Virus record (IMG/VR): IMGVR_UViG_3300008110_000025
Span: 1-64,000 of that record
DNA length: 64,000 nucleotides
From: a virus
Strand: one strand, 5' to 3'
The notes below the pieces were generated by a model. That model saw only the letters and a program-made list of their open reading frames with translations, did not search any database and was not told the DNA's origin. The position numbers and the translations under genes were made by a program. Numbering within the stretch: the first letter of the stretch is position 1; every line of letters begins with the position of its first letter. Below, one piece after another: positions 16,411-25,789 of the stretch.

Positions 16411-17264
16411 TAATCCTAGCAAATACTACAGATTCAATTCAAGTGTTGCTATCTGCAACTGTTGCTGCAAATCAACTGCAATGCTATGCTGCATTTAGAG
16501 ATACTACATCTTCTGCAATAACTCCATCTAGTAGAGTAGTAACCACAAACAATACTACAGCTGTAGACTTAGTACAGTCTCCTGGATCATCTACTCAAAG
16601 AATTGTTGACTTCTTAAGTATACAGAACACAGATACAGCAACACAAGAGGTAACAATAAGATTTAATGACAATGGAGTTACTTATATCCTGTTTAAAATA
16701 TCATTAAATACAGGAGAAAAAATAGAATACCATGACGGTAAAGGCTTTAAGGTGATAAACAGTGCAGGAGGAATAACTGGAATTGCAGAGATTGGCTCAA
16801 ACATAAGCAATGTAGGCTTTAAAACTATCTATTTACCAACAGATTCAATCCTTACTTCAAGTAGAGCATTAGGATCATCTGATCCAGTTCCAGGATTAGA
16901 GTTTCCAGTAGTACAGGATAAAATATATCTTTTCAAATTTTTTATTTTATATGATGTAGATGCTACAACTACTGGAGTTAGGTTTAATGTTCACAATTCT
17001 TCTTTAACTAATAACTATGCTGCAATAAATTTTGAAAGTTTAACAGCCTCTACTGCTTTCATACATTATACCTCTACAGACTTTTTACAAGGAGCTACTA
17101 GTAATACTAGTGCATATACAGGACAAAACTGCTCAAGAATAGAAGGAGGATTTATAGCTGGAGGTCATGGAAGAGTAAGACTATATGCTGGTCACGATGT
17201 TGCAGCTGGTGCTACACTCACCATCAAAAAAGGATCAATGGTTCAATTTTATCAACTAACTTAG
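16407..17264 (+). CDS. fibre-tip/receptor-binding protein, paralogue 2 of 3
   Basis: MIILANTTDSIQVLL...QRIVDFLSI...GEKIEYHDGKGF. Confidence 0.8.
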   Translation: MIILANTTDSIQVLLSATVAANQLQCYAAFRDTTSSAITPSSRVVTTNNTTAVDLVQSPGSSTQRIVDFLSIQNTDTATQEVTIRFNDNGVTYILFKISLNTGEKIEYHDGKGFKVINSAGGITGIAEIGSNISNVGFKTIYLPTDSILTSSRALGSSDPVPGLEFPVVQDKIYLFKFFILYDVDATTTGVRFNVHNSSLTNNYAAINFESLTASTAFIHYTSTDFLQGATSNTSAYTGQNCSRIEGGFIAGGHGRVRLYAGHDVAAGATLTIKKGSMVQFYQLT

Positions 17265-17265
17265 T

Positions 17266-18114
17266 ATGTTAATACTTACCCAAACTACAGATTCTTTACA
17301 AGTAGTACTGAGTGCTTCAACTACAATTGAAGCACAGTGTTTTGTTTCATATAGAAATACTACATCATCAGCTATAACTCCACTTAGAACTGTAACTAAT
17401 ACTAATGATACTACCGCAGTAACTTTAGTACCAGCTCCTTCAGCATCTAACCAAAGAATAGTTGATTACATTAGCATCTATAATGCTGACTCTAGTAGTA
17501 TAACCCCAACAATACTCTTCAATGATAATGGGACTACATACACACTATTCTCAGCTACCATACTTCCAGGAGAGAAAATAGAGTACCATGAAGGAGCTGG
17601 ATTCTCAGTCATAGGCTTTAACGGAGGAGCTAAAACTGCAACAGGATATAGTATATCTAACGTAACAACTCCCTGGACTACTGTAGTTCTTACTTCTGAT
17701 GTAATAAATAACAATGCTACAGCAAATACTTACGAGGATATAACTGGTTTATCATTTACAGCATCTACTACAGGAACCTATTGGGTAAGATTAATAGCTC
17801 TAACATCTGTAGTTACAAACAACAGACTTGGGGCATATGCATTTAATGGCCCTACAGCAAGTCTTATAACTCTTGCAGGATACGTTATGAACTCTAATAC
17901 ATCAATAGTGCAAAATGTAATAAGTGCTTATAATTCACCAGCAACTGCATTAACAACCACAAGTCCAACTAGTAATAAGAATGTATACACATTAGAAGGA
18001 TTTTTAACATTAACTGCTACAGGGACAGTGCAAGCAAGGCACATGTGTTCAACTTCATCAGGGGCTTTAACGACAATGGCAGGTACTACTCTACAGTATT
18101 ATAAAGTTTTTTAA
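17266..18114 (+). CDS. fibre-tip/receptor-binding protein, paralogue 3 of 3
   Basis: MLILTQTTDSLQVVL...QRIVDYISI...GEKIEYHEGAGF. Confidence 0.8.
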   Translation: MLILTQTTDSLQVVLSASTTIEAQCFVSYRNTTSSAITPLRTVTNTNDTTAVTLVPAPSASNQRIVDYISIYNADSSSITPTILFNDNGTTYTLFSATILPGEKIEYHEGAGFSVIGFNGGAKTATGYSISNVTTPWTTVVLTSDVINNNATANTYEDITGLSFTASTTGTYWVRLIALTSVVTNNRLGAYAFNGPTASLITLAGYVMNSNTSIVQNVISAYNSPATALTTTSPTSNKNVYTLEGFLTLTATGTVQARHMCSTSSGALTTMAGTTLQYYKVF

Positions 18115-18123
18115 TCAAATATC

Positions 18124-20175
18124 ATGAAAATAAACTCAGTAAAATTTAAGGACAAAGCATCCTTTAACAAAAACAAAAGCAAACCTAATGTGGTTGCTAT
18201 TCACGAACCTTTTGGAATTCTCGTTTTTAAAGACGATACTCCAGTAACTCCTGATCCTAATAAGGTATCACAAGTTAACCAAGTAGATGGATCTTTAGAT
18301 CAAGTATCTACAGGACTTGCTATCTTAATTGGTAAAGATTATGCTTCAGCAAAGAAGTACCTTGATGCTAATAACATCGTAGTTAAAGATTCATTTGATC
18401 TTACAAGTACCTTCTTTGTGGAAGTTCCAGATTTCGTTCCATTTGATTCATTCTATGGAAGTATCATGGCAACAGGTCTATTCATTAGTGTAGAACCTGA
18501 CTACATCGTACCAATGGAGACAACTGCAGAACAATTGTACAATGCACATTGGCACCTACCAAACATGAGAGCTGCAGAAGCTTGGTCAATTATGCCAAGA
18601 GATGGTGGTGGAGAAGTAGCTGTACTTGATATTGCTTGTGAAACAGGACATGAAGATTTGCAAGGAGCAATTAGCCCACTGTCATGGAACTGTGTGACTA
18701 ATGCACCCGATGTAAACCCAATTAGTGAGAATGAGAAGCACGGTACAGCATGTACAGGAGTTATTGCTGCAGTATGTAACAATGATATTGGGGTATTATC
18801 ATTAGGAGGTAACAGACTAAAAGTTCAGTTCCTACATATCGGGTATGGAAGTAATACTGGTGGTGGATTCTTTACATCAGATACGATTGTTACACTTGCT
18901 GTAAACAAAGCAATGGCTAACCCAAAGTGTTATGCAATCTCTATGTCATGGGGTGGTACTAACAATTACCCAGTATTTATCAATGCATTGAATACAGCTA
19001 AAACTGTAGCTAGAAGTGGTAAAGGTATTCCAATCTTTGCTTCTAGTGGTAACCAGTATTCATCAACTATTACAAGTAATCCAGCAGCTTATCCATCAGT
19101 AATGGCTATTGGTGCATCAGCATCAAATAACACTAAAGCAGGATTTAGTAACTATGGTAGTAAACTATTTGCTGCTGCCCCAGGTACTAGCCTGCTAACT
19201 GTAGATAGAACTGGAGCTTCTGGATATGGACCAGAATCTTACAAAGGATTCTCAGGTACATCAGCATCTTGCCCAGCAATGGCTGCCGTAGCTGCAGCTG
19301 TTCTTGTAGTTAACCCAGACCTTACTGAAGCACAAGTAAAAGATATCCTTAAGAATTCATGTAGAAAACTTGGTGGATATGTTTACAATGCAGATGGTTG
19401 GTCAAACGAACTTGGTTACGGGATAATTGACATGTTCTCTGCAGTGACTTTGGCAAGTAACACTAATCCTGGAGATCCAAATCCTACTCCAAACTACAAT
19501 TACTTTGGTACAATCTCTAGTCCCGCTACAGCTCAGCAAGGTGCAGTTGTAAATGTAGTTTACACTGTAAGTGCTGATAAAGCAGCTCCTACTGATACAG
19601 TAATTCCAGTATCGCTGTTCTTCAAACGTGCAGATGGAGGTAACTTTAACTTCTACAATGGTAATGTAACTATCCCTGCTAATCAGACTTCAGTAACAAC
19701 TAGTATCCCTCATACTATTTCAAATACTGCAACAGGTACAGCTCAGTTTGTACTCTCAGTAGATGCTAGTGGGTATCTCCCAGAGTCAAATGAGAATGAT
19801 AACGTAGCTATGACTGCTATTAACGTAACAGTTCCACCACCCCCTACAACTCAACTTGACATGCAAGTAGAGATTACTGGCTATGAGTGGTTAGATGCTA
19901 CTAGAGTTAGAATTGGATATAGATTCAAAAATGTAGGATCTGCTACAGTTACTAACTTGAAAGCTACTGCTGGATTCGACGGAAGAACTCCTAATACTTG
20001 GACTAGAACAGAGACTTATGCTCCTGGTTCATCTAGATCTATGGGCTCTGTATTTTACACTAACATGTCCCCAACATTCCCTAACACTTTTAGAATTAAG
20101 ATTGTACAGGTTAATGGGGTAATTGATGAGAACCCAGCTAATAACGAGGCAAGTATCCTAATTGCAATGAAATAA
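18124..20175 (+). CDS. subtilisin-like S8 serine protease with C-terminal CARDB-like domains
   Basis: Catalytic triad VAVLD, HGTAC, FSGTSASCP; oxyanion ASSGN; prodomain ending VEPDY; ESNENDN and DENPANN CARDB-type ends. Confidence 0.92.
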   Translation: MKINSVKFKDKASFNKNKSKPNVVAIHEPFGILVFKDDTPVTPDPNKVSQVNQVDGSLDQVSTGLAILIGKDYASAKKYLDANNIVVKDSFDLTSTFFVEVPDFVPFDSFYGSIMATGLFISVEPDYIVPMETTAEQLYNAHWHLPNMRAAEAWSIMPRDGGGEVAVLDIACETGHEDLQGAISPLSWNCVTNAPDVNPISENEKHGTACTGVIAAVCNNDIGVLSLGGNRLKVQFLHIGYGSNTGGGFFTSDTIVTLAVNKAMANPKCYAISMSWGGTNNYPVFINALNTAKTVARSGKGIPIFASSGNQYSSTITSNPAAYPSVMAIGASASNNTKAGFSNYGSKLFAAAPGTSLLTVDRTGASGYGPESYKGFSGTSASCPAMAAVAAAVLVVNPDLTEAQVKDILKNSCRKLGGYVYNADGWSNELGYGIIDMFSAVTLASNTNPGDPNPTPNYNYFGTISSPATAQQGAVVNVVYTVSADKAAPTDTVIPVSLFFKRADGGNFNFYNGNVTIPANQTSVTTSIPHTISNTATGTAQFVLSVDASGYLPESNENDNVAMTAINVTVPPPPTTQLDMQVEITGYEWLDATRVRIGYRFKNVGSATVTNLKATAGFDGRTPNTWTRTETYAPGSSRSMGSVFYTNMSPTFPNTFRIKIVQVNGVIDENPANNEASILIAMK

Positions 20176-20176
20176 T

Positions 20177-20551
20177 ATGTTAAAGAAATTTATCTATAAA
20201 CTACAGTTGTTTGATGGGGTATGGTCAGTTCCACTGTCAGTACTCTTCTTCTTACTTGTAGGTAAACTCAGTTATGAGTACTTTGGAGATACCCCACTTA
20301 TCTCTACAGAGTATCTACAACTAGTAATGCTTGCTGCAGTTATACTAATTTTTGCTAACTTTGTCGTATTCCTAGGAATTAGATTTAACTTTAGGAACCT
20401 GCAAAAGGACTTTTACTCAAAAGAGATGAAGTACCTTGCAGGAATGGAGCTAACATCATGGCAAAAAATAAAGCTATACTTATTTGTTTACTTTGGGTTT
20501 TTAGTATCCTTCCTACTAATTCTTTGGTTAGTAATGACGGCTACTGCGTGA
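20177..20551 (+). CDS. putative holin (3 TM)
   Basis: Three hydrophobic helices; overlaps the endolysin gene. Confidence 0.6.
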   Translation: MLKKFIYKLQLFDGVWSVPLSVLFFLLVGKLSYEYFGDTPLISTEYLQLVMLAAVILIFANFVVFLGIRFNFRNLQKDFYSKEMKYLAGMELTSWQKIKLYLFVYFGFLVSFLLILWLVMTATA

Positions 20552-21033
20552 AATTAACAGCAGAGTCGTTCATTGGAATAGTCGAAAAAGGTGGAAACAA
20601 TAAAGGATTTACAGACCCTTACTTTCGTAAACTGATGGAAAAACAAGGATGGAGACCAGGTTATGCCTGGTGCTCCTTCTTTGTTATGGGGGTACTTAGT
20701 GAGTGTGGTATTCCACATACAATAACTGGATGGTCTCCTACAGCCTACAATAGAAAAGATGTAATCTTTACAAATGGTAAGTTCCTGCAATCTTACTCTA
20801 CAAACGATGTGTTAGTAATGACACTAAGTTATGGAGATAAGAATAATAAGACTAGATACAAAGGTATCGGGCACACGGGAATTGTAGAGTTGGTAGGTAA
20901 GTATTCAGTTAGAACTGTAGAAGGGAATACTAACGATAGAGGTACTAGAGATTCAAGAACAGGGGACGGAGTATTTAGAAAGGTTCGTCCATTATCTAGA
21001 AATTTACATATAACCAGATGGAAAAAAGCTTAA
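20458..21033 (+). CDS. CHAP-family endolysin with N-terminal signal/anchor
   Basis: AWCSFFV (Cys), GHTGIVE (His), TVEGNT; hydrophobic N-terminus. Confidence 0.85.
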   Translation: MAKNKAILICLLWVFSILPTNSLVSNDGYCVKLTAESFIGIVEKGGNNKGFTDPYFRKLMEKQGWRPGYAWCSFFVMGVLSECGIPHTITGWSPTAYNRKDVIFTNGKFLQSYSTNDVLVMTLSYGDKNNKTRYKGIGHTGIVELVGKYSVRTVEGNTNDRGTRDSRTGDGVFRKVRPLSRNLHITRWKKA

Positions 21034-21419
21034 CCGTAAAAGTAATCCAGATACTATCAGCCATTCTACTGTTGATAGCAATGATAACTACAATAGCTAC
21101 TTGTAATAGGGAAAAAGAAGACCCTATCAAAGATAGACTAGAGGAGATAAACGATAGTTTGATGTATGAGATGATGGAGAACTCAATTAAGATTGATTCC
21201 CTATACGATAAGATCGACTCACTAGATTTTCTATCAGATACAATAATTAATAAACAACCCATTGTCAATGAATACTATCGTCAGGAGGTTTACAATATCC
21301 TTAATGCTGATGCTCGTAGTGCTAACCGCAAGCTCGCAGAAGTACTCAAAGTTTCCGATTCCCTCCTCAAAGCAGGATTCTTTTCCCGTACTATCAACAT
21401 ACCAAACGAACTTAATTAA
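21018..21419 (+). CDS. putative spanin component (N-terminal TM + coiled coil)
   Basis: TM ending ATC, IDSL repeats; follows the endolysin. Confidence 0.6.
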   Translation: MEKSLTVKVIQILSAILLLIAMITTIATCNREKEDPIKDRLEEINDSLMYEMMENSIKIDSLYDKIDSLDFLSDTIINKQPIVNEYYRQEVYNILNADARSANRKLAEVLKVSDSLLKAGFFSRTINIPNELN

Positions 21420-21726
21420 TCTGAACTTTAACTCTATGATGTACTGGTACGATACTGCTACCAGGCTAGAGAGACTATACAATCTTCAGAAAGAGAAGTT
21501 AGACTTCTACTCAAAGATAACTGGTGTACAAGCTACTAATGTAGAGATCCTTCAAACTGCTTATGAGAATAAGCTGGCAATTGATAAGAAACTTAAGACT
21601 GATAATGAGAACGAGATGATAAAGCTCAATAAACAGATTAGAGGATTGAAAATAAAGAATACTATCCTAACTATTGGAATAGGTAGTTTAGCAGCTACTA
21701 CAGTTTATTTTGCTGTTTTTAAATAA
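21262..21726 (+). CDS. putative second spanin-like component
   Basis: Overlaps the previous gene in another frame; signal-like N-terminus, coiled coil, C-terminal TM. Confidence 0.6.
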   Translation: MSMNTIVRRFTISLMLMLVVLTASSQKYSKFPIPSSKQDSFPVLSTYQTNLINLNFNSMMYWYDTATRLERLYNLQKEKLDFYSKITGVQATNVEILQTAYENKLAIDKKLKTDNENEMIKLNKQIRGLKIKNTILTIGIGSLAATTVYFAVFK

Positions 21727-21753
21727 AGCTATTGCTTATATAAAGGTTCTTAG

Positions 21754-21761
21754 TATATTTG
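21754..21761 (+). promoter_or_regulatory. Bacteroidota -7 promoter box TATATTTG
   Basis: TAnnTTTG with TTG ~20 nt upstream, ahead of groES. Confidence 0.65.
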
Positions 21762-21779
21762 CATAAAACCAAATGTAAC

Positions 21780-22049
21780 ATGAACTTTAATCCTACAAGA
21801 GATTGGGTAGTGCTCCCAATCCCAAACAAGAAAGTAACAGACAGTGGTATTCTTCTATCAGATGAAGCTGCTAATTCACTAAAGTCTAATATTCTCCAGG
21901 CTGTAAAAGTCGGTCCTGAATGCAAGCAGGTTAAAGAGGGAGATACCGTATACGTGCACCCGCACACGGAAGGGGTGATTATTGATGTTGAGGGAACTCA
22001 GTATGTAATGGTAAATGAATTCATGCTTCTTGGGGTAATTAACAAGTAA
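21780..22049 (+). CDS. groES: co-chaperonin GroES (Cpn10)
   Basis: PTRDWVV, TDSGILL mobile loop, VGPECKQVKEGDTV, C-terminal EFMLLGVI. Confidence 0.9.
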   Translation: MNFNPTRDWVVLPIPNKKVTDSGILLSDEAANSLKSNILQAVKVGPECKQVKEGDTVYVHPHTEGVIIDVEGTQYVMVNEFMLLGVINK

Positions 22050-22053
22050 AATA

Positions 22054-22359
22054 ATGGTAGGGACAGTAACAATTTCCCTAGCTGACTTTGAAAGCCTTCG
22101 TAGACAAGCAGATTCAGGGAGTAAAGCAACAGAAGATATTGTAAAAGCTGCCAAGGAATTGGAAGTTTTTCTCTCTTTTCTAATAACTAGAGAGAATATC
22201 GATGAGCATGTTGAAGAGTTTAACAGTTACTCTAAAAGATGCAAGATTAAAATAGTCGAAGGCAGAGCTAAAATCCAAATTACAAATGAAGAACCAACAG
22301 AAAGTAAGGAGACTGGTTATCAAGACGGATACGACCCAGAAGTTTCTCCAGATATTTAA
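22054..22359 (+). CDS. hypothetical protein
   Basis: 101-aa ORF, GTVTISLADFESLR N-terminus. Confidence 0.8.
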   Translation: MVGTVTISLADFESLRRQADSGSKATEDIVKAAKELEVFLSFLITRENIDEHVEEFNSYSKRCKIKIVEGRAKIQITNEEPTESKETGYQDGYDPEVSPDI

Positions 22360-22615
22360 CGGGATATTAGAGCTAACAGACACTGAACTTAAAGTCCTTG
22401 CTGAATTCATTAATTCTAGTGAGACAGTTAATCTTTGTTCTCCTGCTAATAAGAGAAAAGTATCTGAAGTTCTAGGAATTAAGGACCACAACACCCTTAA
22501 TAATTACGTGAAAAGACTCAAAGATAAAGGAGCTATCACGCAAACTAAGAACGGGTACGAGTTAGCTGCTATCTTAAAGAGAGAACCTGTTGAAATCCAC
22601 ATTCTCCCAGTATGA
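22286..22615 (+). CDS. putative winged-HTH DNA-binding protein
   Basis: LTDTELKVL...KVSEVLGI...TLNNYVKRLKDKGAI wHTH pattern. Confidence 0.7.
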   Translation: MKNQQKVRRLVIKTDTTQKFLQIFNGILELTDTELKVLAEFINSSETVNLCSPANKRKVSEVLGIKDHNTLNNYVKRLKDKGAITQTKNGYELAAILKREPVEIHILPV

Positions 22616-22758
22616 CACATGTATTCGTCCCCCCAACTAAGGTACTAACCTTCTTTTATATAGGGTATTACTCTCTAATGGTGATACAGAATGGGTATGG
22701 TGACGTAGAAGGACTACATTTAACAGAATTAATAGAACCAAACATAGAAGAAGTATGA
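22612..22758 (+). CDS. small hypothetical protein (48 aa, MTHVFVPPTKVLTFFYIG...)
   Basis: Translated by hand; ATGA overlaps at both ends. Confidence 0.65.
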   Translation: MTHVFVPPTKVLTFFYIGYYSLMVIQNGYGDVEGLHLTELIEPNIEEV

Positions 22759-23045
22759 GTCAGAAACCCCCATCATTCCTTAAGATGATTGCAAACTTTG
22801 CTAAAGCATCAGCAGAATATGTTGCAGCTGGAATGCCATCAGTAACCACAGAACAGTATGAGGAAAGAGTTGACATCTGTCACAATTGCCCTCATCTAAT
22901 TGAGAAGACCAAACAATGTGGATTGTGTGGCTGTTACATTGAGGATAAAGCTAGCTGGAGAACAGCAAAATGCCCAGACGATCCATCAAGATGGCCATCT
23001 ATCGTGATTGGTAAGTCGGGAAAACCGATTAACCTTAAGAAATGA
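22755..23045 (+). CDS. Cys-rich putative metal-binding protein
   Basis: RxxICxxC...QCxxCGC...KA...CP..W pattern. Confidence 0.75.
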   Translation: MSQKPPSFLKMIANFAKASAEYVAAGMPSVTTEQYEERVDICHNCPHLIEKTKQCGLCGCYIEDKASWRTAKCPDDPSRWPSIVIGKSGKPINLKK

Positions 23046-23281
23046 GTAAGGAAAAAGTAATTATACAAAAGTTAGCTACTAAGTATAACCTTCCTTTACA
23101 GAAAGTTGAGGAGATTGTCTACTACCAATTCAAGTATGTAGTCAATGTCATGAAGAAAGGGGACTTTGCTACAATTAGACTCCCATATTTTGGGGCATTC
23201 TCAGCTAAATCAGAGAGAATAGCCCACCTAAACGAGAAAACTAGACGGAAAAATGAAAGACTTGCTAACAATAAACAATAA
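23042..23281 (+). CDS. HU/IHF-like DNA-binding protein
   Basis: IIQKLATKYNL...IRLPYFGAFS; position upstream of the terminase as in crAss-like phages. Confidence 0.75.
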   Translation: MSKEKVIIQKLATKYNLPLQKVEEIVYYQFKYVVNVMKKGDFATIRLPYFGAFSAKSERIAHLNEKTRRKNERLANNKQ

Positions 23282-23750
23282 CGTAGTCATCCCATCCCCG
23301 TATGCACTGACTGTCACAGAATTCGAGAAGTTAACTACCAAAGAGTTAGCATTTATCTACTTTTTTGCAGATCATAGGTCTAGTTATGCAGCTTATGATG
23401 AAACTGAGAGAAGGGATAAGCTACTAGAGGAGTTAAAAGTCAAGTCTACCCCTAACTTACATGCAGGATTGCAGAAGTACAGGGAATTGTCAGAGACTCA
23501 TGCAATTAAGCTTCTAAAATCAGCTAGATCTGCAGTTAACAAGCTAGAGAAGTACTTCAAAGACATCGATCTTACAGCTATGGACGAGAATGGTAAGCTT
23601 CTCTACCAAGCCAAAGACTTAGTTGCTAACTTATCTAAGATTGGGGAGGTAATAGAAGGCCTAGATAGACTAGAGGAGCTAGTACAGAAGCAGCAAGCTA
23701 AGGATAACCCTAACAGAGCAGGTGTCAAGACTAATAAGTACAGTGAATGA
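23253..23750 (+). CDS. conserved crAss-like protein upstream of TerL (possible small terminase)
   Basis: Helical 165 aa, coupled to TerL; function inferred from position. Confidence 0.6.
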   Translation: MKDLLTINNNVVIPSPYALTVTEFEKLTTKELAFIYFFADHRSSYAAYDETERRDKLLEELKVKSTPNLHAGLQKYRELSETHAIKLLKSARSAVNKLEKYFKDIDLTAMDENGKLLYQAKDLVANLSKIGEVIEGLDRLEELVQKQQAKDNPNRAGVKTNKYSE

Positions 23751-25714
23751 TGTTTAAAGACAGCCATTTATTCTCAGAAGCAGCTAATCACTACATCGAG
23801 TATGGGTATTACACAGATGCCCTACCTGGTACTAAGCAATACTATGACTATTGGGATAGAGAACAGCATAGATGCATGCACGGGCATGAGATAAATGGGG
23901 TTAGGATATCAGGATTTCACTATTTTTACCTTAACTACTGTCCTATCGATAGAATTATAGATGAAGTACAGCCAGATGGGGAGACAATTTCACGAAGAGA
24001 TAGGAGTTTTCCAGCCTTCTACGATGGGGATCATGAGTACTTTTCCTCGGTAGATAGGTGTAGAAGAGAGAATAAACACATGGTTGTGCTTAAGGCTAGA
24101 CGTAAAGGTTTCTCTTACAAAGCCGCAGCTATGCTATGTAGGAACTACTTTCATATACGAAATAGCAAGAACTTCGTATTTGCATCAGATAAACAGTATT
24201 TGACTGGGGATGGTATGCTATCTAAGGCTTGGGATATCGTCTCTTTCGTAGATGATAATACAGCTTGGAGTCAACCCAGACTTATAGACAGGGAGATGCA
24301 TAAGCAATCTGGATATAAGAAGAATGTAAACGGAGCTGACGTAACTCTAGGATTTAAGTCACAAATAATAGGGGTATCTCTTAAAGATGACCCAGATAAG
24401 ATACGTGGTAAAGCAGGGGAATTGATATTCTTTGAAGAAGCAGGTTCATTCTCAGGTTTGTTAAAGGCTTGGGAGGTAGCTATGCCTACAATGAGGCAAG
24501 GTTCTAAGACATTAGGTACTATGATTGCCTTTGGAACTGGTGGAGAAGAAGGTCCTGGATTCGAAGGATTAGAAGAACTGTTCTATCACCCCGAAGCTTA
24601 TGACTGTTTAGCATTTGATAACGAGTGGGATGCTGGGGCTATGGGAACTAGCTGTGGATTCTTCGTTCCTATCTATAAAAACTTAGACGGTTTTATGGAT
24701 AGTGAGGGAAATAGCTTATCTAACGAAGCTATGGACTATGAAGAGACACAAAGGGAGAAGAAGAGGAAAGGTAATGACCCAAAGTCATATGATCAGTATA
24801 TAGCTGAACATCCATTTACCCCACAAGAGGCAACACTTCAAGTAACAGCTAATACATTCGATGTTAACTCCCTAAAAGAACAGTACAATAGAGTGATAGC
24901 TAGTGACTTACATAAGATAGGGGTAGCTGGGGAGATGTACTACAATACTAAAGGAAAAGCAGACTTTGCCCCTAATTCTAGTGTTAGACCCATCTATAAG
25001 TTCCCACATAGACCAGATGACGATTTAACTGGGGCAGTAGTAATTTATGAAGCCCCGTTTAAGACTCAAGAAGATATAATCCCAAAGAATCTGTACATTA
25101 TCTGTCATGACCCGTATGCACAGGGAAAGGCAACTAGTTCTATGTCGTTAGGGGCAGCCTATGTTATAAAGGTGCCTAACAATCTATCTAAGCCAGATGA
25201 TATTATAGTAGCTTCTTATATAGGTAGACCTGCAACTCAGGATGAGTATAACAGAAACCTATTCATGCTAGCAGAATACTACAATGCTAAGATAGGATTC
25301 GAGAATGACCGAGGAGAAGTAATAGCTTATGCTAAAAGATTTAGAAAACTACACTTACTGCAAGAAGAATTCGAGATGTTGGATAAGAGAGAGTTACGAT
25401 CTAAGAACGTAAAAAGGCAGTATGGTATGCACATGACTGAGCAGAGAAAAGCTCAGGGTGAACTTTATATACGAGATTGGCTAATTAGTGGCAGGGGACA
25501 GAACGAAGATGGGGAAATAACCCTTAACTTGCAAAAAATTTATGACCCTGCTCTTTTACAGGAGTTGATTAAGTTTAATAGGAAAGGTAACTTTGACCGT
25601 GTTATGGCACTCATGGTTGGGATGTACCATACTAGAGAACTTTATAACAAGGAGTTAAGTTATAATGACTCCGATAACTCAAGTAATGAGTGGTTTGACA
25701 AGGTTTATAGGTAG
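23747..25714 (+). CDS. terL: terminase large subunit
   Basis: LKARRKGFSY Walker A, FFEEAG Walker B, FGTGG, nuclease HDPY and FDRVMA. Confidence 0.95.
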   Translation: MMFKDSHLFSEAANHYIEYGYYTDALPGTKQYYDYWDREQHRCMHGHEINGVRISGFHYFYLNYCPIDRIIDEVQPDGETISRRDRSFPAFYDGDHEYFSSVDRCRRENKHMVVLKARRKGFSYKAAAMLCRNYFHIRNSKNFVFASDKQYLTGDGMLSKAWDIVSFVDDNTAWSQPRLIDREMHKQSGYKKNVNGADVTLGFKSQIIGVSLKDDPDKIRGKAGELIFFEEAGSFSGLLKAWEVAMPTMRQGSKTLGTMIAFGTGGEEGPGFEGLEELFYHPEAYDCLAFDNEWDAGAMGTSCGFFVPIYKNLDGFMDSEGNSLSNEAMDYEETQREKKRKGNDPKSYDQYIAEHPFTPQEATLQVTANTFDVNSLKEQYNRVIASDLHKIGVAGEMYYNTKGKADFAPNSSVRPIYKFPHRPDDDLTGAVVIYEAPFKTQEDIIPKNLYIICHDPYAQGKATSSMSLGAAYVIKVPNNLSKPDDIIVASYIGRPATQDEYNRNLFMLAEYYNAKIGFENDRGEVIAYAKRFRKLHLLQEEFEMLDKRELRSKNVKRQYGMHMTEQRKAQGELYIRDWLISGRGQNEDGEITLNLQKIYDPALLQELIKFNRKGNFDRVMALMVGMYHTRELYNKELSYNDSDNSSNEWFDKVYR

Positions 25715-25776
25715 TGTCATATTAATAATAGTATTGATAAAACACTAGAATTTTCTAGGCTACTGTAAAACAAAAC

Positions 25777-25784
25777 TAATTTTG
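25777..25784 (+). promoter_or_regulatory. Bacteroidota -7 promoter box TAATTTTG
   Basis: TAnnTTTG 5 nt before the portal ATG. Confidence 0.6.
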
Positions 25785-25789
25785 TATTA

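Noticed and set aside
7921-18114. Diversity-generating retroelement or invertible shufflon suggested by the Mtd_N-like domain and paralogues
   Set aside because: No reverse transcriptase, recombinase, near-identical TR/VR pair or inverted cassettes seen in the window
1485-25714. Introns or inteins in polA and terL
   Set aside because: Both are continuous, of ordinary length, with no intein or homing endonuclease motifs
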